Below, one piece after another: positions 17,020 to 35,015 of a stretch of 64,000 nucleotides of DNA. Position 1 is the stretch's first letter. Every line of letters begins with the position of its first letter. Below the pieces are notes generated by a model. That model was not told where the DNA came from, did no database searches, and saw only the letters and a list, made by a program, of their open reading frames with translations. The translations under genes and the position numbers were made by a program. The stretch lies in NCBI RefSeq assembly GCF_009914755.1, contig NC_060939.1, one strand, 5' to 3'. This DNA is from the human T2T-CHM13v2.0 reference genome, Homo sapiens.

Positions 17020-17712
17020 CATATTTTCTAATTTGAATTTTTCAAGAGAGAACTAGAAATTTGGATTTTTATAGGAATTTACCTAATTTTTAAATGTTGG
17101 CTAAAAAAAATCATTAAACCCTTTGTAAGCAAAAGCAGACCCATCTGGGAGCTTAATTTGTCCTGTAGGTCAGGGGCTCCTGACCCCCCAGGCCATGGAC
17201 GGTTCTGGTAGATGGCTTGTTAGGAACCGGGCCCCAGAGCAGGAGGTGAGCGGCAGGCCCAAGTTCAACTGTATTTGCAGCTGCTCCCCATCACTCATGT
17301 TACCGCCTGAGCTCTCCCTCCTCCTGTTAGATCAGCAGCGGCATTACATTCTCACAGTAGTGTGAACCCTATCATGAACTGCACATGCAAGGGATCTAGG
17401 TTGCATATTCCTTATGAGAATCTAATACCTGGTGATCTGTCACTGTCTCCCATTACCCCCGGATGGAACCATCTAGTTGCAGGAAAACAAGCTCAGAGCT
17501 CCCACTGAGTCTACATTATGGTGAGTTGTATAATTATTTTGTTACAATATAATAATAATAGAAATAAAGTACACAATAAATGTAACATGTTTGAATCATC
17601 CCAAAACCATCCCCCTCTCTGGGCCCGTGGAAGAATTGTCTTCCACAAACCCAGTCCCTGACGCCAAAATACTTGGGGACCACTGCTGTAGGCCACCAGT
17701 TTTCAGCCTCGT
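17020..17712. mobile_element. MER103C-like hAT fossil split by MER1A
   Basis: ttttcaagagagaactagaaatttggatttttat...tttttaaatgttggc; resumes as ggccaccagttttcagcctc after MER1A. Confidence 0.55.
17171..17685. mobile_element. MER1A hAT-Charlie transposon
   Basis: 515 bp; TIRs caggggctcc / ttggggaccactg; 8-bp TSD ctgtaggt/ctgtaggc. Confidence 0.9.
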
Positions 17713-17885
17713 GATACATAATGGTGGTTTTCTTCTGTGTCTCTGATCCCTCTGCCTCCTTCCCTAGTTCCTCTTCCTTCTCCTGCCCCTCACTTATGGA
17801 AATAGACTTTCTGGATACTCCTTGGATATGCTCTCTCTCTCTCTGCTCTAAACCACCACAGCACTTTACTTAGAGCCTTCTATGA

Positions 17886-18157
17886 ATCTGGGCACTTTGG
17901 GAGGTTGAGGCAGGTGGATCTCTTGAGGCCAGGAGTTCAAGACCAGCCTAGGCAACACAGTGAGACCACACCTCTAAAAAAAATTAAAAAATTAGCTGGT
18001 GTGATGGCATGCACCTGTAGTCCCAGCTTCTGGGGACGGTGAGGTTGGAGGATCACTTGGGCCCAGGAGGTAAAGGCTGCAGCAAGCCATGATTGCACCA
18101 CTGTACTTCCAGCCTGGGTGACAAGCGAGACCTTGTCTCTTGAAGAAAAAAAAAAAA
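17886..18157 (+). mobile_element. Alu (AluJ-like), 5'-truncated
   Basis: Alu body with poly-A; TSD agc(c/t)ttctatg. Confidence 0.92.
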
Positions 18158-18391
18158 GCTTTCTATGGCACCTGCCTGTGCTGTCTTGTCCACAGTTTTC
18201 TACGTATACTCAATACCTCCCATAAGGAAATAAGTTCTTTATATCACTTATAATAACATAATTGGCTGAGATCTGTGTCACTGTGCTAAACACTTTATGT
18301 ATATTAACTCAGCTACCCATTACCTAAAGAACCTTAAAGAATATTACTATTATTTTATAAATAAGGAAAACGAGGTTTGGAGAGCTTCTAA

Positions 18392-18738
<347 letters not shown>

Positions 18739-19464
18739 TGAAGTGAGACTTTTTTATTCCAAAGTATTTTATTTGCCTGATTCATCTTTAAGTTCTGTAA
18801 AATTCCTTACATCCAGGAGCACTCAATATGTGTTGAATCAATTGTTCAAAAACAGAAATTTATATTCCACTCAAAAGAAATTCTTTCTTAAGGAGTATGG
18901 AGAAAAATTACTGGTGAGTTAATGGTTTGCAGAAGAGTTAAAGTGAATATGAACTATGAATGTTTGTGGATTAGCAATTGATTGGAACTCATTCATCAAC
19001 TACATAGATACACAGGGTTTATTCAAGATACAGTGTATTTATACAAAAAGTAGTCCAATCCAAAAATAATATCCCTAAAATACTTTGCCATGTTAGCATT
19101 CCTGCTTTGAAAATTCAATGTGTAATGCTGGTTTTAGTTAGAAATGAAGAAATGCCAAAGGGAAATTGAACAAAAGCTCAAAAGATATTCTTTATTTTTG
19201 CATGCAAGAAGCATAAATTATTTCTTTTTAACAACTACATTACATTTTTGTTTTTACATCCAATGTGAGTCCCAAAATGTTGTTTTCCCTTTTCTTTCCA
19301 AATATATGTTATTTCACATAAAAACACGTAATCTCAGTATGTAACAAAAATGTAAGGTACTGGTTTTCCCTTTCATTATTTTTAAAATATCTTATCTGAA
19401 CCATAAATGTGAACTCTGAAAATGTGATTTTGCTGATGATAAGAAAATGGGACCATATTCATAC

Positions 19465-19761
19465 TTTTTTTTTTTTTTTTGAGACGGAGTCTCACTCTGT
19501 CGCCCAGGCTGCAGTGCATGGCACGATCTTGGCTCACTGCAAGCTCTGCCTCCCGAGTTCACGCCATTCTCCTGCCTCAGCCTCCCAAGTAGCTGGGACT
19601 ACAGGCACCCGCCACCACGCCCAGCTAATTTTTTGTATTTTTTAGTAGAGACAGGGTTGCACCGTGTTAGCCAAGATGGTCTCGATCTCCTGACCTCGTG
19701 ATCTACACGCCTCAGCCTCCCAAAGTGCTGGGATTACAGGCATAAGCCACTGCGCCTGGCC
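19465..19761 (-). mobile_element. AluY-like
   Basis: AluY diagnostics; TSD catattcatacttttt (19454-19469 / 19762-19777). Confidence 0.96.
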
Positions 19762-19831
19762 CATATTCATACTTTTTATTTGAAGTCCTAATAGCCAAAC
19801 AAATCTCTGAATTCTCTGTCTCTTTTAAGAA

Positions 19832-19928
19832 GAGAAGGAAATAAAGGTCACCAGGTCATTCCCATGTTATATTTTTGCCAAAAATACATCTTTTGGATGG
19901 CTATATCAGTGCCTCGGACTTCACAGAC
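19832..19928. repeat. Dispersed direct duplication of 21960-22054 (about 95 bp, roughly 80% identical by eye)
   Basis: ggaaa(t/c)aa(a/g)ggtcaccaggtcattc(c/t)ca(t/g)g(t/c)tatatttttgccaaaa...tggctata(t/a)cagtgcc...cttcaca(g/t)ac in both places. Confidence 0.9.
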
Positions 19929-20160
19929 TTCACTTCATTTGACAGCCATGAAACATTTTCTATATTTAAGACCACAGTTCAGCTCTGAGATTTCAGCTAC
20001 CCTTGAAATCTAACAAGAACAACAAAAATCAACTGAAACATGAAAAGAATAGAGTATCTGTGAAACATTTTATTATCCCATCTAGGGTTCCTCCTTTTTG
20101 AAAAATAGAATTCAGTAACATAAATAAACTAGCCTAACTCATGTCAAAGTCCTGGGATAC

Positions 20161-20537
<377 letters not shown>

Positions 20538-20941
20538 TCAAATCAATAGTGAGAACAACAGCACCACTACTGCTGTTTAAAGGGTCAGAAGCAGCTGTTC
20601 CTGTCCGCCAGAAATACAACCAGTCACAAAACTGTTTCCTTGGAACACCTTCACACTGCTCCTTTCCCCTGAGGTTGCTTCAACTGGCATGAAGCTAGAT
20701 CCCCAGCCTTCAAGTGACAGCTTAGAGAAAGTGCTTACTATGAATCAGAAGGATTACCTATAGGCTACTGATATTTAAATCTTTGGATGGTCCACAAAGA
20801 TCATGGTCATCTACAATTGTAGAGAAAATGATTTGGTGAAAAGTTTTACAAAGCTGCTACAGGGTTATTACTCTCTTATGCAATCAGACATTTTCTCCTC
20901 AGTCTACCACCCAAACCAAACCAGATTCCATGAAGTACTAA

Positions 20942-21395
<454 letters not shown>

Positions 21396-21768
21396 TGATG
21401 TTAAATTAAAGGAGATAAAAGAATGTGGTGGAGTAAGGGACAATGGCTGTCATTGCTAATACCTAGTGCCACAGGAATAAAGAAAAATAAGGCTCTCAAA
21501 GGACTCGTGAGTGCCATATCCGCTTTCTTCCCTCCCCTCTCTCTTGATCATGATCGAGATTTAGCTTAAATCATAGAGATATAATAATATTAAAAGAAAT
21601 ATTTCCTCAGTGACCGCATCCCAGAAAATTACCAAATGAAAGAAAAGTGAGTAGAAAGTGGAAGTAACCAAAGGAATATACACACTGTTATGAAACTATG
21701 ATCACTGGAAAAAGCAACTGGTTAACAACCAGATTGTAAAATTATGTGAACAGCTTTAGCACACATTA

Positions 21769-21957
<189 letters not shown>

Positions 21958-22047
21958 CTAAGAGGAAACAAGGGTCACCAGGTCATTCTCAGGCTATATT
22001 TTTGCCAAAATATACCTTTCAAGTGGCTATAACAGTGCCCAGGTCTT

Positions 22048-22095
22048 CACATACACACACAAACACACACACACACACACACAACACACACAAAC
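22048..22095. repeat. Interrupted (CA)n
   Basis: Directly visible, about 90 bp upstream of the exon-9 acceptor. Confidence 0.92.
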
Positions 22096-22439
22096 AGAAT
22101 TAACATTGGGTTAGTAAAAGAATAATATGAAATAGTTTCTGGTTTTGTTATCTGCCAGCCTGTATAAAGTATCCTCTAATATTTTAAGGGGGGTTTCCCC
22201 TGTGGAACAAATCTTTTAGTTTCACAGTCTGGTTCTCATGACATTCTCATTTATCTACATTCAAAAAATGTTTTGTGACATGTTAAGTAGGAAGAAATCA
22301 GGTTTACCCTGTAATGGGACATGGTATTTTCAAACTCTGTCCCTTAAAAGTAACATAGCATCTATAAAATCAGTTGCTTGGGTTTCACAAACTTAATTGA
22401 TCATCTTTCATTCAACTAATGTTTGTTCCATATTATCTC

Positions 22440-22915
22440 ATCAAACCCATTCATTACATTCATTCAAAAATAATGCCTACTGAACATATGTATTATGCTA
22501 GGCACTGGTGATTCAATATGAATATCACAAGGTTCTGCCCTCGAGGAGTTCTCAATTTCTTGGCAGCAACAATTTTAACAAGGTGTGAAGAGTGCTGGTA
22601 AGCTCTGGGCACCATGGGAACCAGAGAGGATCAACTAACCTCTGTGAGCAGGAAGGGGCTGGAGAAAACAAGACCTTAATCAAAGAAACACCATGATCAG
22701 GTCTGTATTTTAAAACTGGAACTACTGACAGCAAGAGTGGAAGCAGAAAGACCAGTTAAGAAGCAATAGCTATAATCTAGAACACAAGTGCTGAATGGCT
22801 GAACTAAGGAATGTTTTCTGGGAACACAGAACAGAATCCAGAGATACACAGGAAGTAGAATTTACAGAACCTGGAGATAATTTTATGGAAGAGTAAAGGC
22901 AGACATAAAGATCAA
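22440..22915 (-). mobile_element. L2 fragments
   Basis: cattcattcaaaaa...tactgaac...tgctaggcactgg L2 3'-end signature; L2-like sequence appears to resume at about 25340-25690. Confidence 0.6.
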
Positions 22916-22934
22916 GGATAAAGAATAAGTTCCT

Positions 22935-25326
<2,392 letters not shown>

Positions 25327-25839
25327 GAACAAGTTCCTGATTTTGTGAAGTAGGTTATGGTGGTCACATTATCTAAACTAGGGATTCTATAGATGAAGTA
25401 GGTTTGGAGAGAAAGATAATGAATTGTTTGGGACCTTTTGAAACTGGCAGACATCCCCCTAGGATATCCACAGATTATGTTAGGCAGTTAAATATGTTTA
25501 TGTGAAATTCAAGATAGAGGCTTGGGATTAAATAAACACACTTGACTTACCCACATATCTACAGTGGTTCAAACCCTGGGGGCTATGAGAATGGATAAGG
25601 TCATAAAGGGAAGCATTACTGCAAAAAGAGGACAGAAGAATCATGAAGAATATTTGGAATAACGTGTCAAGTAGAGGGCAAAGAAACTTATTTCATACAT
25701 TTTGATTTCACGATGTTAATACCAGGAACTAAGCCCTAGGTGATAATCAGAGGCATTATAGGTAAAAACTTTATGCACAAAAACTTTTATATTTTTATCC
25801 TCTTGACCCTGGCATTCACAGTCCATTTCAGTGAAACCA

Positions 25840-26256
25840 AACAGTGTGTGAGTCTTGGCAGGGGAGGATCACGACAAGACACTCCTCCCCACCCTCTGAT
25901 ATCAGGAAGACAAACAAATGACCTAGATTCAGCTATTTGAAAGCAAACACCCCAAACCTTGAGGGACAGAAGCAAAGGTGCAGGGAAATGATTAACAGGG
26001 ACAGTGATGGTGGCAGCAATGAGCATCTCGTGGAAAGCAAACGTCTGGTGGCTGCGGAGCCACAGCAGCCAGCCCCTAACCAGGCTGTTCCTAAAGCCAT
26101 GTTTATGGCTGCCTGGACATCTGCCCGGTGTACAAACCTGGTTCCCCAAACTTCCCACTGAGTCTATGGACTACTCAAGACTCCCAATAAATTCATTTTC
26201 TGTTGCTTTAGCCAAAGTCCATCTTTGTTACTTGCAACCCAGAACGGTGACTGATA
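25840..26256 (+). mobile_element. Old ERVL-type LTR remnant
   Basis: 3' end cccaataaattc...tagccaaagtc...tgttacttgcaacccagaac...actgata, typical of ERVL/MaLR LTRs. Confidence 0.55.
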
Positions 26257-27165
26257 AAAAATTTATTGTCACACTATTTATAATAAAACGTCTAAAAATA
26301 GGGGGAAAGTGGGTAGATTGTAGTATATCAATATAAGGATTATGATATAGTCATAAATGTTTTTAAACACACTTGTAAGTTGGTATAAAGAAATTGATCC
26401 TCAGTGAGGTTCAGTTAGCTAAAGGCACACAACTCTGATAAACTGACAGAATTCCAGGTTCTGATTTAAATTCTATTGCTCTCCCTTGAAAATAAACATG
26501 GACAGCTTAAAAAAAAAGAAAGTTATGCATAATTTTTAAAATATACTATATTACCTAATTACTCACAAACTCTGGTAATTTTTCCTAAATAAAAGTGATG
26601 TCAATACCATATAGCCTAAATGATAAAAAATAAAGAATCACAAAAAAGTAAAACTATGAAATCGATGATGAAATAGTGGCTAATAAATTTTAAGTTCTGT
26701 CTGAATGGGATTATTTTCATATGACACTGAAGTTAAAAGAGTATGTCAGACGAAATTCACCAGAAATGTATATGTTTTATGCACTATGCCGTTACAGAAA
26801 TAAGATATATGTAAAAGGTAGTAAATGGCATCATCATTTTTTTCTATCTGTCTAGCACCTCTATACACCCTTGCTATGTGTGGGGAACTTCTAGCTTTTA
26901 GGAAACTTACCTTCCCAAGACAGAACAGAAAATGCTTTTCACCAGCAACCTTTATAGCCAGGGTTCAGGTAGGTAACTAAGGGTCCACCACCAGACTCCC
27001 CGACTCAATACTACTAGATGTGAGTGACCTGAGATCGGATGCAAACCCATTTCACTGGTGAGGGTGGTAGTAGAGACATCTAGCTTAGCGGGTGCCATTC
27101 ACTGCAAGTGTGAGTTCCCAACATAGATGAAAATATTTCTTAAATTCTAAGTAAGTATCCTAGAG

Positions 27166-27499
27166 CAGAAGTCCCCAACATTTTTGGCCCCAGGGACAGG
27201 TTTCCTGGAAGAAAATTATTCCATGGACTGGGGGGAATGGGGTTAGAAAGGATGGTTTCAGGATGAAACTGTTCCACCTCAGACCATCAGGCATTAGATT
27301 CTCAAAAAGAGCAGACAACCTAGATCCCTCCCATGCACAGTTCACAACAGGGTTCGTGCTTCTGTGAGAATCTAATGCTGCAGCTAATGTGACAGGAGGC
27401 ACAGCTCAGGTGGTAATGCTCGCTAGCCCACCGCTCATCCCCTCCGGCTGTGCAGCCCAGTTCCTAACAGGCCATGGGCCCAACTGGTACCAGTCCCCG
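27166..27499. mobile_element. MER1B-like with most of the right TIR deleted
   Basis: cagaagtccccaac start; ggatggtttcaggatgaaactgttccacctcag; perfect 8-bp TSD tcctagag. Confidence 0.88.
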
Positions 27500-27547
27500 T
27501 CCTAGAGAGATTCAAGAGAAGATTACATCCATAAAATTATGCATGAC

Positions 27548-27851
<304 letters not shown>

Positions 27852-28260
27852 TTATGCATGCTACTAAAAAAAACAACTAGAGAACAAGAGTTCAGGGGAA
27901 TTAAAACATAATTATCATTTTAGTCATATCATTTAGTCTTCTTTAAGCTGTGCATTTATTTGTCAAAGATGAGGTTGTGGGGCACTTCATAAAGGAAAGG
28001 GCACATTTGAAAACACAGAGATTTAAAAGAACACAGAGAATTTGAGGAACAGCAAGAAGTTCGGTATGATTTGAGAATATAGTAAATAGGTTCCTTCTTC
28101 AAAGTTTTCCTAAACTTTTCCTGCGGCACTGCTTCTTCCTCTGAATTTCTATTCTAACATTTGTCACCATCCATCGGACTCTAGAATTTCTGTATGTTTA
28201 CCTCCCACATCAGATAAGAGGACTTGCAGAAAGAACTCTCAGTAAATATTAGTGTAAATA

Positions 28261-28540
28261 TTTTTTTTTGAGACGAGTCTCTCTCTGTTGCCCAGGCTGG
28301 AGTGCAGTTGGCTCACTGCAACTTCCACCTCCCATGTTCAAGCGATTCTCCTGCCTCAGCCTGCCAAGTAGCTGGGATTACAGGCATGCACCACCAAACC
28401 TGGCTAATTGTTGTATTTTTAGTAGAGATGGGGTTTCGCCATATTGGCCAGGGTTATCTCAAACTCCTAGCCCCAAGTGATCCTCCCGCCTTGGCCTCCC
28501 AAAGTGCAGAGATTACATGCGTGAGCCACCACGCTGGGCC
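28261..28540 (-). mobile_element. Alu (AluS-like)
   Basis: Dimer with a small right-arm deletion. Confidence 0.94.
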
Positions 28541-28726
28541 TAAAAACAATTGCCTTTAAAAATCTCAAAAGAGAGCTACATGGCTAAGCAGCAGAACAAC
28601 ATGGTTGAAACCCAACTTAGAAAACTGTAGAAGGAGCTCGTATGTACAAAATGACAAAAACGATTAACATTATGAGAAAGATGTTATAAGACCTGGAAGA
28701 GAAATCCAAGAGGTCCTATAGCCACC

Positions 28727-29168
28727 TGTGGCAGACACTGTCTACTGACTGACATGATCCCCATTTCTACCTCTACTACAAAAAAAGAGTAAGTCATATA
28801 CCTGAATCCCCCTTCTCACTTGCAGCAACATACTGAACAAATGGCTACGCGATACAGCTTGGCCGCTGAGATGCAGGTAGAAGTCCTGGGGACACCATTC
28901 CATCCCCAGTGAAAAAGCAAAGCCTCAGAGGACAGTCTCTTTGCTTTTTACCCTTCCCTCTTTCTGTCTGCTTGGAAAATGGACACACTGCCTACAGATG
29001 TAGCAGCAATCTTGCAAACCTAAAGACAAAATCCGCATAGGAATGTAGAACAGGAGGACAGAAAGACATGAGCTGCTCACTCCTGGATTTCTTGTTACTA
29101 GAAAAAAGTAAACTCTTTACTGTTTAAGCCACTGTTACTGGCAGCCAATCACATTCTCAACTGATACC
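28727..29168 (+). mobile_element. Old MaLR LTR (MLT1J/K-like) within an ancient L1 ORF1-like remnant (about 28560-29400)
   Basis: tgtggcagacactg start; tgtttaagccactg...attctcaactgata end; A-rich L1-like flanks. Confidence 0.6.
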
Positions 29169-30381
29169 TCCCAAAAGGAGAAAAAAGAGATGATGGAAAG
29201 GAAGAAATAATATAAGATAATTTTCTGAGCTGAAGGAAGATTTGAACCTTCAGGTGAAAAGAGCCTACAAGGTACCAAGCAGGAACTGAAATGTTTTTAA
29301 AGACACACACAAATATAATCTGATAAAATTGTGAACTCCAAAATAAGGAGAAAATCCTACATGCTTCAAGAAAAAAAGGATTTTGCAAGTAGAATTTAGT
29401 CATCTGCTAAGCTAACATTCAAATGAGGAAAAAATAAATATTTGAATACACAAACACTCAAAAATTATCCACACTTCACCATTTCTTGGGGCAAAATTTT
29501 TCAAAAAAGTTCCAGAAAAATAATTCAAGGAATGATTTATACAAATAAATAATTCGTTGAGTCCAAATACACAGTTAATGATGTGGCTAAAAATTTTGGC
29601 TAAATTTTGTTTAGAGAGATTCCTAACATACAAGAAGCATACTGTTTTTAAAGGTAAAAACTAAAATGTGTAGTATTCTAGAACTAAAATTCCAGATGAT
29701 TTCAATATATCCTGGAGGAAAGAAAATGAAACACAAGGGAAATGAAAGTACACCAAAGATCCAATCTTGTTAAAATATGAAATTTTAGAAACTAATTATT
29801 GAAGTTGAAAAGAAAATACGCATTTTAATGTATTTTTAAAACTTGAAGGTTAACAGTACCAGATCAGAAATAGGATATTAAGTTTCCAAACCACAAGAGG
29901 ATAGGGAGATAAACAAAAACAAATATGATAAATAAAATATAAAGTTTGATGTCAGGAAAAGATTCAAAAAGTATGCGGTCGTAATGAATATGAGCAAATT
30001 AAATATGCTCATATTGATAATAACAAAAGATAAAGGATGAAGAAACAATTAAAGATAAAGACACAAAAGCAACAGCAAAAGCCCAGCTACATAGTACTTG
30101 TAAAAGATCAAAAACTAAAATGATAGAGATGACCTTAAACTAGAAAGATGAGACATAAATACTAACAAAAATAATATGCAAAAGGCAGTATTATTAACAA
30201 AAAGTCATTATGAAAGCATTCCTAGAATGTATCAAGAAAATCTATCGCCATAGTTTGATACGCAGTGAGACCATGGGTAGCAGTTTACCCAATTTTACAA
30301 TTAATAACAAAACCAGAATGAAACCCAGATCCCTTAATTCTTACTGGTATCTAAGCTTTTGTTAATAAAGTAGACAAATTA

Positions 30382-31403
30382 CAGTTATGTGTCGCTTAAC
30401 GACAGGAATATGTGTTCTAAGAAATGTACCATTAGGCAATTCTGTCATTGTGCAAAAATCATTGGGTGTACTTACACAAACCTAGATGGTAGAGTGTACT
30501 ACACACCCAGGCCACATTGTAAAGCCTATTGCTCCTAGGCTATAAACCTGTACAGTATGTTTTGTAGTTACTGTGTTGTAGGTGATTGTTAACACAATAG
30601 GAAGTATTTGTGAATCTAAACATATTACAACATAGAAAAGGTACAATAAAATATGGTATAAAAATCTTTTTAATGGCATACCTGTAAAGGGCACTTAACC
30701 ATGAGTGGAGCTTGCAGGAGTGGAAGCTGCTCTGGTGAGTCAGTGAGTGAGTGGTGAGCGACTGTGAACACCAAGGACATTACTGGCTGCTACTGTAGAC
30801 TTTATAAACACTGTAAACTTAGGCTACACTAAATTTATTTTAAAATATTTTTCTTTATTTAATAATAAAGGAATTTTTACTGTAACTTTTTTACTTTTAA
30901 AACTTTTAAATTTGTTTAACTTTTTCGCTCTCTTATAATAACACTTAGCTTAAAACATAAACACAGTATAGAACTGTACAAAAATATTTTCTTTCTTTGT
31001 AAGCTTTTTCCTATTTTAAAATTTTCTTTTTTTATTTTTAAGATTTTATGAAAAACTAAGACACAAATGCACCTATTAGCCTAGGTCTACACAGGGTCAG
31101 GATCATCAATATCACTGTCTTCCACTCCATATCTTGTCCCACTGGAAGGTCTTCAAGGGCAGTAACACGCATGGAGCTGTCATCTCCTATGATAACAATG
31201 CCTGCTTCTGAAATTCTTCCTGATGGACCTGCCTGAAGCTGTCTTACAATTCACTTTTTTATATGTAAGTACAAGGAGCACACTCTAAAATATAGAGCTA
31301 CGGTGTCACTAGGTGACAGGAATTTTTCAGCTCCATTATTATCTTATGGGACCACTGTCATGTATGCATGTTGACCAAAACATCATTATGTGGCACATGA
31401 CTA
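30382..31403. mobile_element. Tigger3-family (Tigger3b-like) TcMar DNA transposon
   Basis: TIRs cagttatgtgtcgcttaacgac / catcattatgtggcacatgacta; flanked by TA. Confidence 0.9.
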
Positions 31404-31624
31404 TACCATGAACCAGCGAAGCTGAAATATCTCAGAATTATGTGGGCATTTAGCAGTTTCCCTCACCCACCCCTTTCCCCTACTTCATCAGCCCCAGGCA
31501 TAGCAACACCTTCACCTGCTCCTAGACACAGCCCCCGCTGGGACCTCACCATCTCAGGAAGGATTATTTAGAGGATTATTATGTGTGATATTCTGTAGAT
31601 ATGTTTTTGCTTTTTGGTGGAAGG

Positions 31625-31800
31625 GAGGGATATTTTGTTTGCCCACACAGAACTTTTTTAAATAGGAGCAGTTGTGAACATTTTACAAGTTTAATGTTTC
31701 TCACAAAAAAATCTGAATTTCTAGCTTCCCTTGAAAAACTGGAGGATCCAGGCAGGCCTGGCCTGGGATTTCCATGCAGCAGACATTGAGTGTTACCTCC
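31625..31800. mobile_element. MER103C-like fragment (opposite orientation to the one at 17020)
   Basis: aaaaaatctgaatttctagcttcccttgaaaa. Confidence 0.5.
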
Positions 31801-31889
31801 CACTGGACGGGCACACCCTCCTCCCCCGTGGGCCACAGGGATCACTGCACATGCACTGCTTTTAGACTTATAGCAAAAAAAACTACGCT

Positions 31890-32278
31890 CTGAATCTCTG
31901 TGTCCCTAGATGTGGAAACTAAGACAAGGATTCTTGTTCAAGTAATTCACTGGGAGAGTGCCTTTGGGACCAGGGACATGAGGAAAACAGCCGAGGGCAA
32001 GGGCACAGGGCCAAGCGAGGATGTGGTCTCAGCTGAAGCTCAGCTTCAGTCTGATCCCTGGGGAAGCTATGGAGGACACACTGCACCAGAGAGCTAATCT
32101 CACATTTAGGTAAGGGGCCTAGGGTGGGGAGGGAGTGATATCCTGGGCTGTTTGGCTCAGGGAAATTCTCAGGGGAAGGGGACAGCTGTGCACCCTTAGC
32201 ACAGGGCTGGGGCGTGGATGCACAGACCAGTTTCAGGGAAAGGGGATATGGGCAGGGGGCCAGCAGCATTCACTCCAT
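31890..32278 (-). mobile_element. LTR16A-like ERVL solo LTR
   Basis: ggctcagggaaattctc...ggacagctgtg...ggatgcac...aggggatatgggcaggggg matches the reverse of LTR16A as recalled. Confidence 0.7.
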
Positions 32279-32881
32279 CATGTCCTTATTAAATGCAGGG
32301 GAATAAAAGATATACAATAGAGCTAAGTGCTTCAAGGAACATAGGACAGTGTATTTCTTCACAGAAGCAAAGGATATTTCTCAAGTTTAGTATGTAAACA
32401 AGTGCAAACATTGGGCCACAGCACTCTTTAGGTGACCTTCCCGGGCCCTATAAATACCTGCGTTTGCCCCACCTCACCCCCATTACATGCTGTTCCCCTC
32501 TTTCACTTTAGTCTGTACCCACCCGGACTTATCACCATAAGCAGGCCCTCCTGTTAACCCCAGGACTCTCCAGGGAACTGTGTGCTCAAAGTTAACTGGG
32601 CAGGAACAGGACGGAATTCTTTAGGATTACTGAAGAAGACTACACTGAAATACCACAAAACCAGTTTAGGGACAATAAGAAAAGGAGACAGAAAAACACA
32701 TTCATATGTCATCAGTAATAAGCACATCACATCACAGGAAGAAGTTACTGTGATAACCAATGTGTAAACACTGCTTAGAATGACATTAAATAATCCTTTG
32801 AAAGTCAATAATGAATTGACCAAGAATAAATTTGAAAACCTCAATAAAAATAATTGTATAAAACAGGATTTTTAAAAAAAA

Positions 32882-33160
32882 ATTTTAACTTGTATTTTAA
32901 GTTCAGAGGTACATGTGCAGGTTTGTTATACAGGTAAATTTGTGTCATGGGGCTTTGTTGTACAGATTATTTTTTCACCCAGGTATTAAGCCTAGTACTC
33001 ATTAGTTATTTTTCCTGATCCTCTCCCTCCTCCCAGCCTCTACTCTCCAGCAGGCCCCAGTGTGTGTCGCTCCCCTCTATGAGTCCATGTGTTCTCATCA
33101 TTTAGTTCCCACTTAAAAGTGAGAACACCCGCGGTATTTTGTTATCTGTTCCTGTGTTAG
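32882..33160 (-). mobile_element. L1PA 3'-end fragment
   Basis: ggtacatgtgcaggtttgtta...agtgagaaca; TSD taaaacagg(a/g)tttt. Confidence 0.9.
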
Positions 33161-33288
33161 TAAAACAGGGTTTTTTTAAAATCAAAGAATAATGTCTCAG
33201 AATCCGAAAAATTATTGTAAATTTATGATACTGGGCCAATAATATTATTTTTTAAAATCTAAATTAAGAAGTGTAGTGTTCCCTATCA

Positions 33289-33411
<123 letters not shown>

Positions 33412-34865
33412 CTACAGAATTTATTAATGGAAAATATCATATACTCAAGGAAATTCACAGTTCAGGAAAAAAAAAATGGAATCTGAGACTTCTACACTAC
33501 AGATACACAAAGAAAAGTTGCAAGATTAGGCATTTTACATTTTCTAGGTAATTTTATTTTATACCAAAATTTTTATATAGGGCCATTCTCTAATATCCAA
33601 AGATATTATCCCTATAAGCAGGCCCTGCTGTTAACCACTCCAACAGACATTTTATTAAAAAATAATATGAGCAGTTTTCAAACCTCTCTACTATAGATAA
33701 AAAATATAAATGCAAAAACATACTTGCTGAGACATTTGGAAGAAATCTTCTTGCCACTTTCTTTGGGGTACTTATCCACTAAATGAAAGTGCTTTTAAAT
33801 TTCAAGACTATCATATGAGGAATTTAAATATTCAGTTACTATTAAAAAGGGGAAAGAGAAATCTACGGTAGACCTGCTATCTGTGTTAGCAAGAACCTGG
33901 ATAAGGGGGGAACTCTACTCCTCTAGGAAAATTGAACAGAAAATAAACATACAACAGGCCACTGCAAAGACAGAGACAGAACAAGATGGAGGTTTCCTGA
34001 AGAAGATCATATGAATGTGGAGCACAAAAATCGAGAGTCCCAGAGGCCAGTCCTGGCAGTGGCAGGCTGCCCCACGAATCCAGTTTGCCTGGAAATGATG
34101 TGCCAATTATGGGGAAAGCATCAGGCTTGAAGGGTAAAAAATTACTTAACTCTCTCTTGTCAATACTCCACACTCGCCCATGCAGTTTTCTAGTGACTCT
34201 GCTCAAGGGTGTGCAGAGCTTCTGTCCTCCTCACTACATTTCTTGTTGTAAATTAATTAATTCACATTCTGGTCTAACCCAGGAACCCCTGCGCCCTTGT
34301 TTAGTTTGAATCTGCCTTAAAGACAGGCTGCAAGGCCTGTAAGACCAAAGATAGGTGCTTGAAGCAGAAGCTAATGAAGGCCAGTGACCAGCTGCTGGGA
34401 CGTCCAGAGAAGAGGCGGACAACCAGTTGGCTTCTCCAGCCCAGCCCTGCTGCTCTGCCAGGAGCATTTTCCATTCAAAGTTCTAAATGTACTGGCTACA
34501 AAATCAGTCTCATTACTTAAAAAAAAACAATTTTACTAATATGCAATTTAAAATCTGAGAAACATTGTCCAAAGCTATTATCTGAATAAATGTTTTGCAA
34601 ATTGCAGGAAACAGACTATTTCTGGATAGTGAAATAAATGATAGATGCACCTACCATTTTTAAAAAGAGATAGGATAGGATAGGATGTAGTGGGTTGAAC
34701 ATAGAAATAATGAAGTACTGGTTCATAAAAGTTTTCTTTCATTATATCTACTAATTCAATCATTTATACATTTATGATGGTTGAAAAATATTTAAAGACA
34801 CTGAACAAAACTATTGCCATTTTTTTCAACTCATTTAGCCCCAAATTCTGGCTTCTGAATTTCTA

Positions 34866-35015
<150 letters not shown>

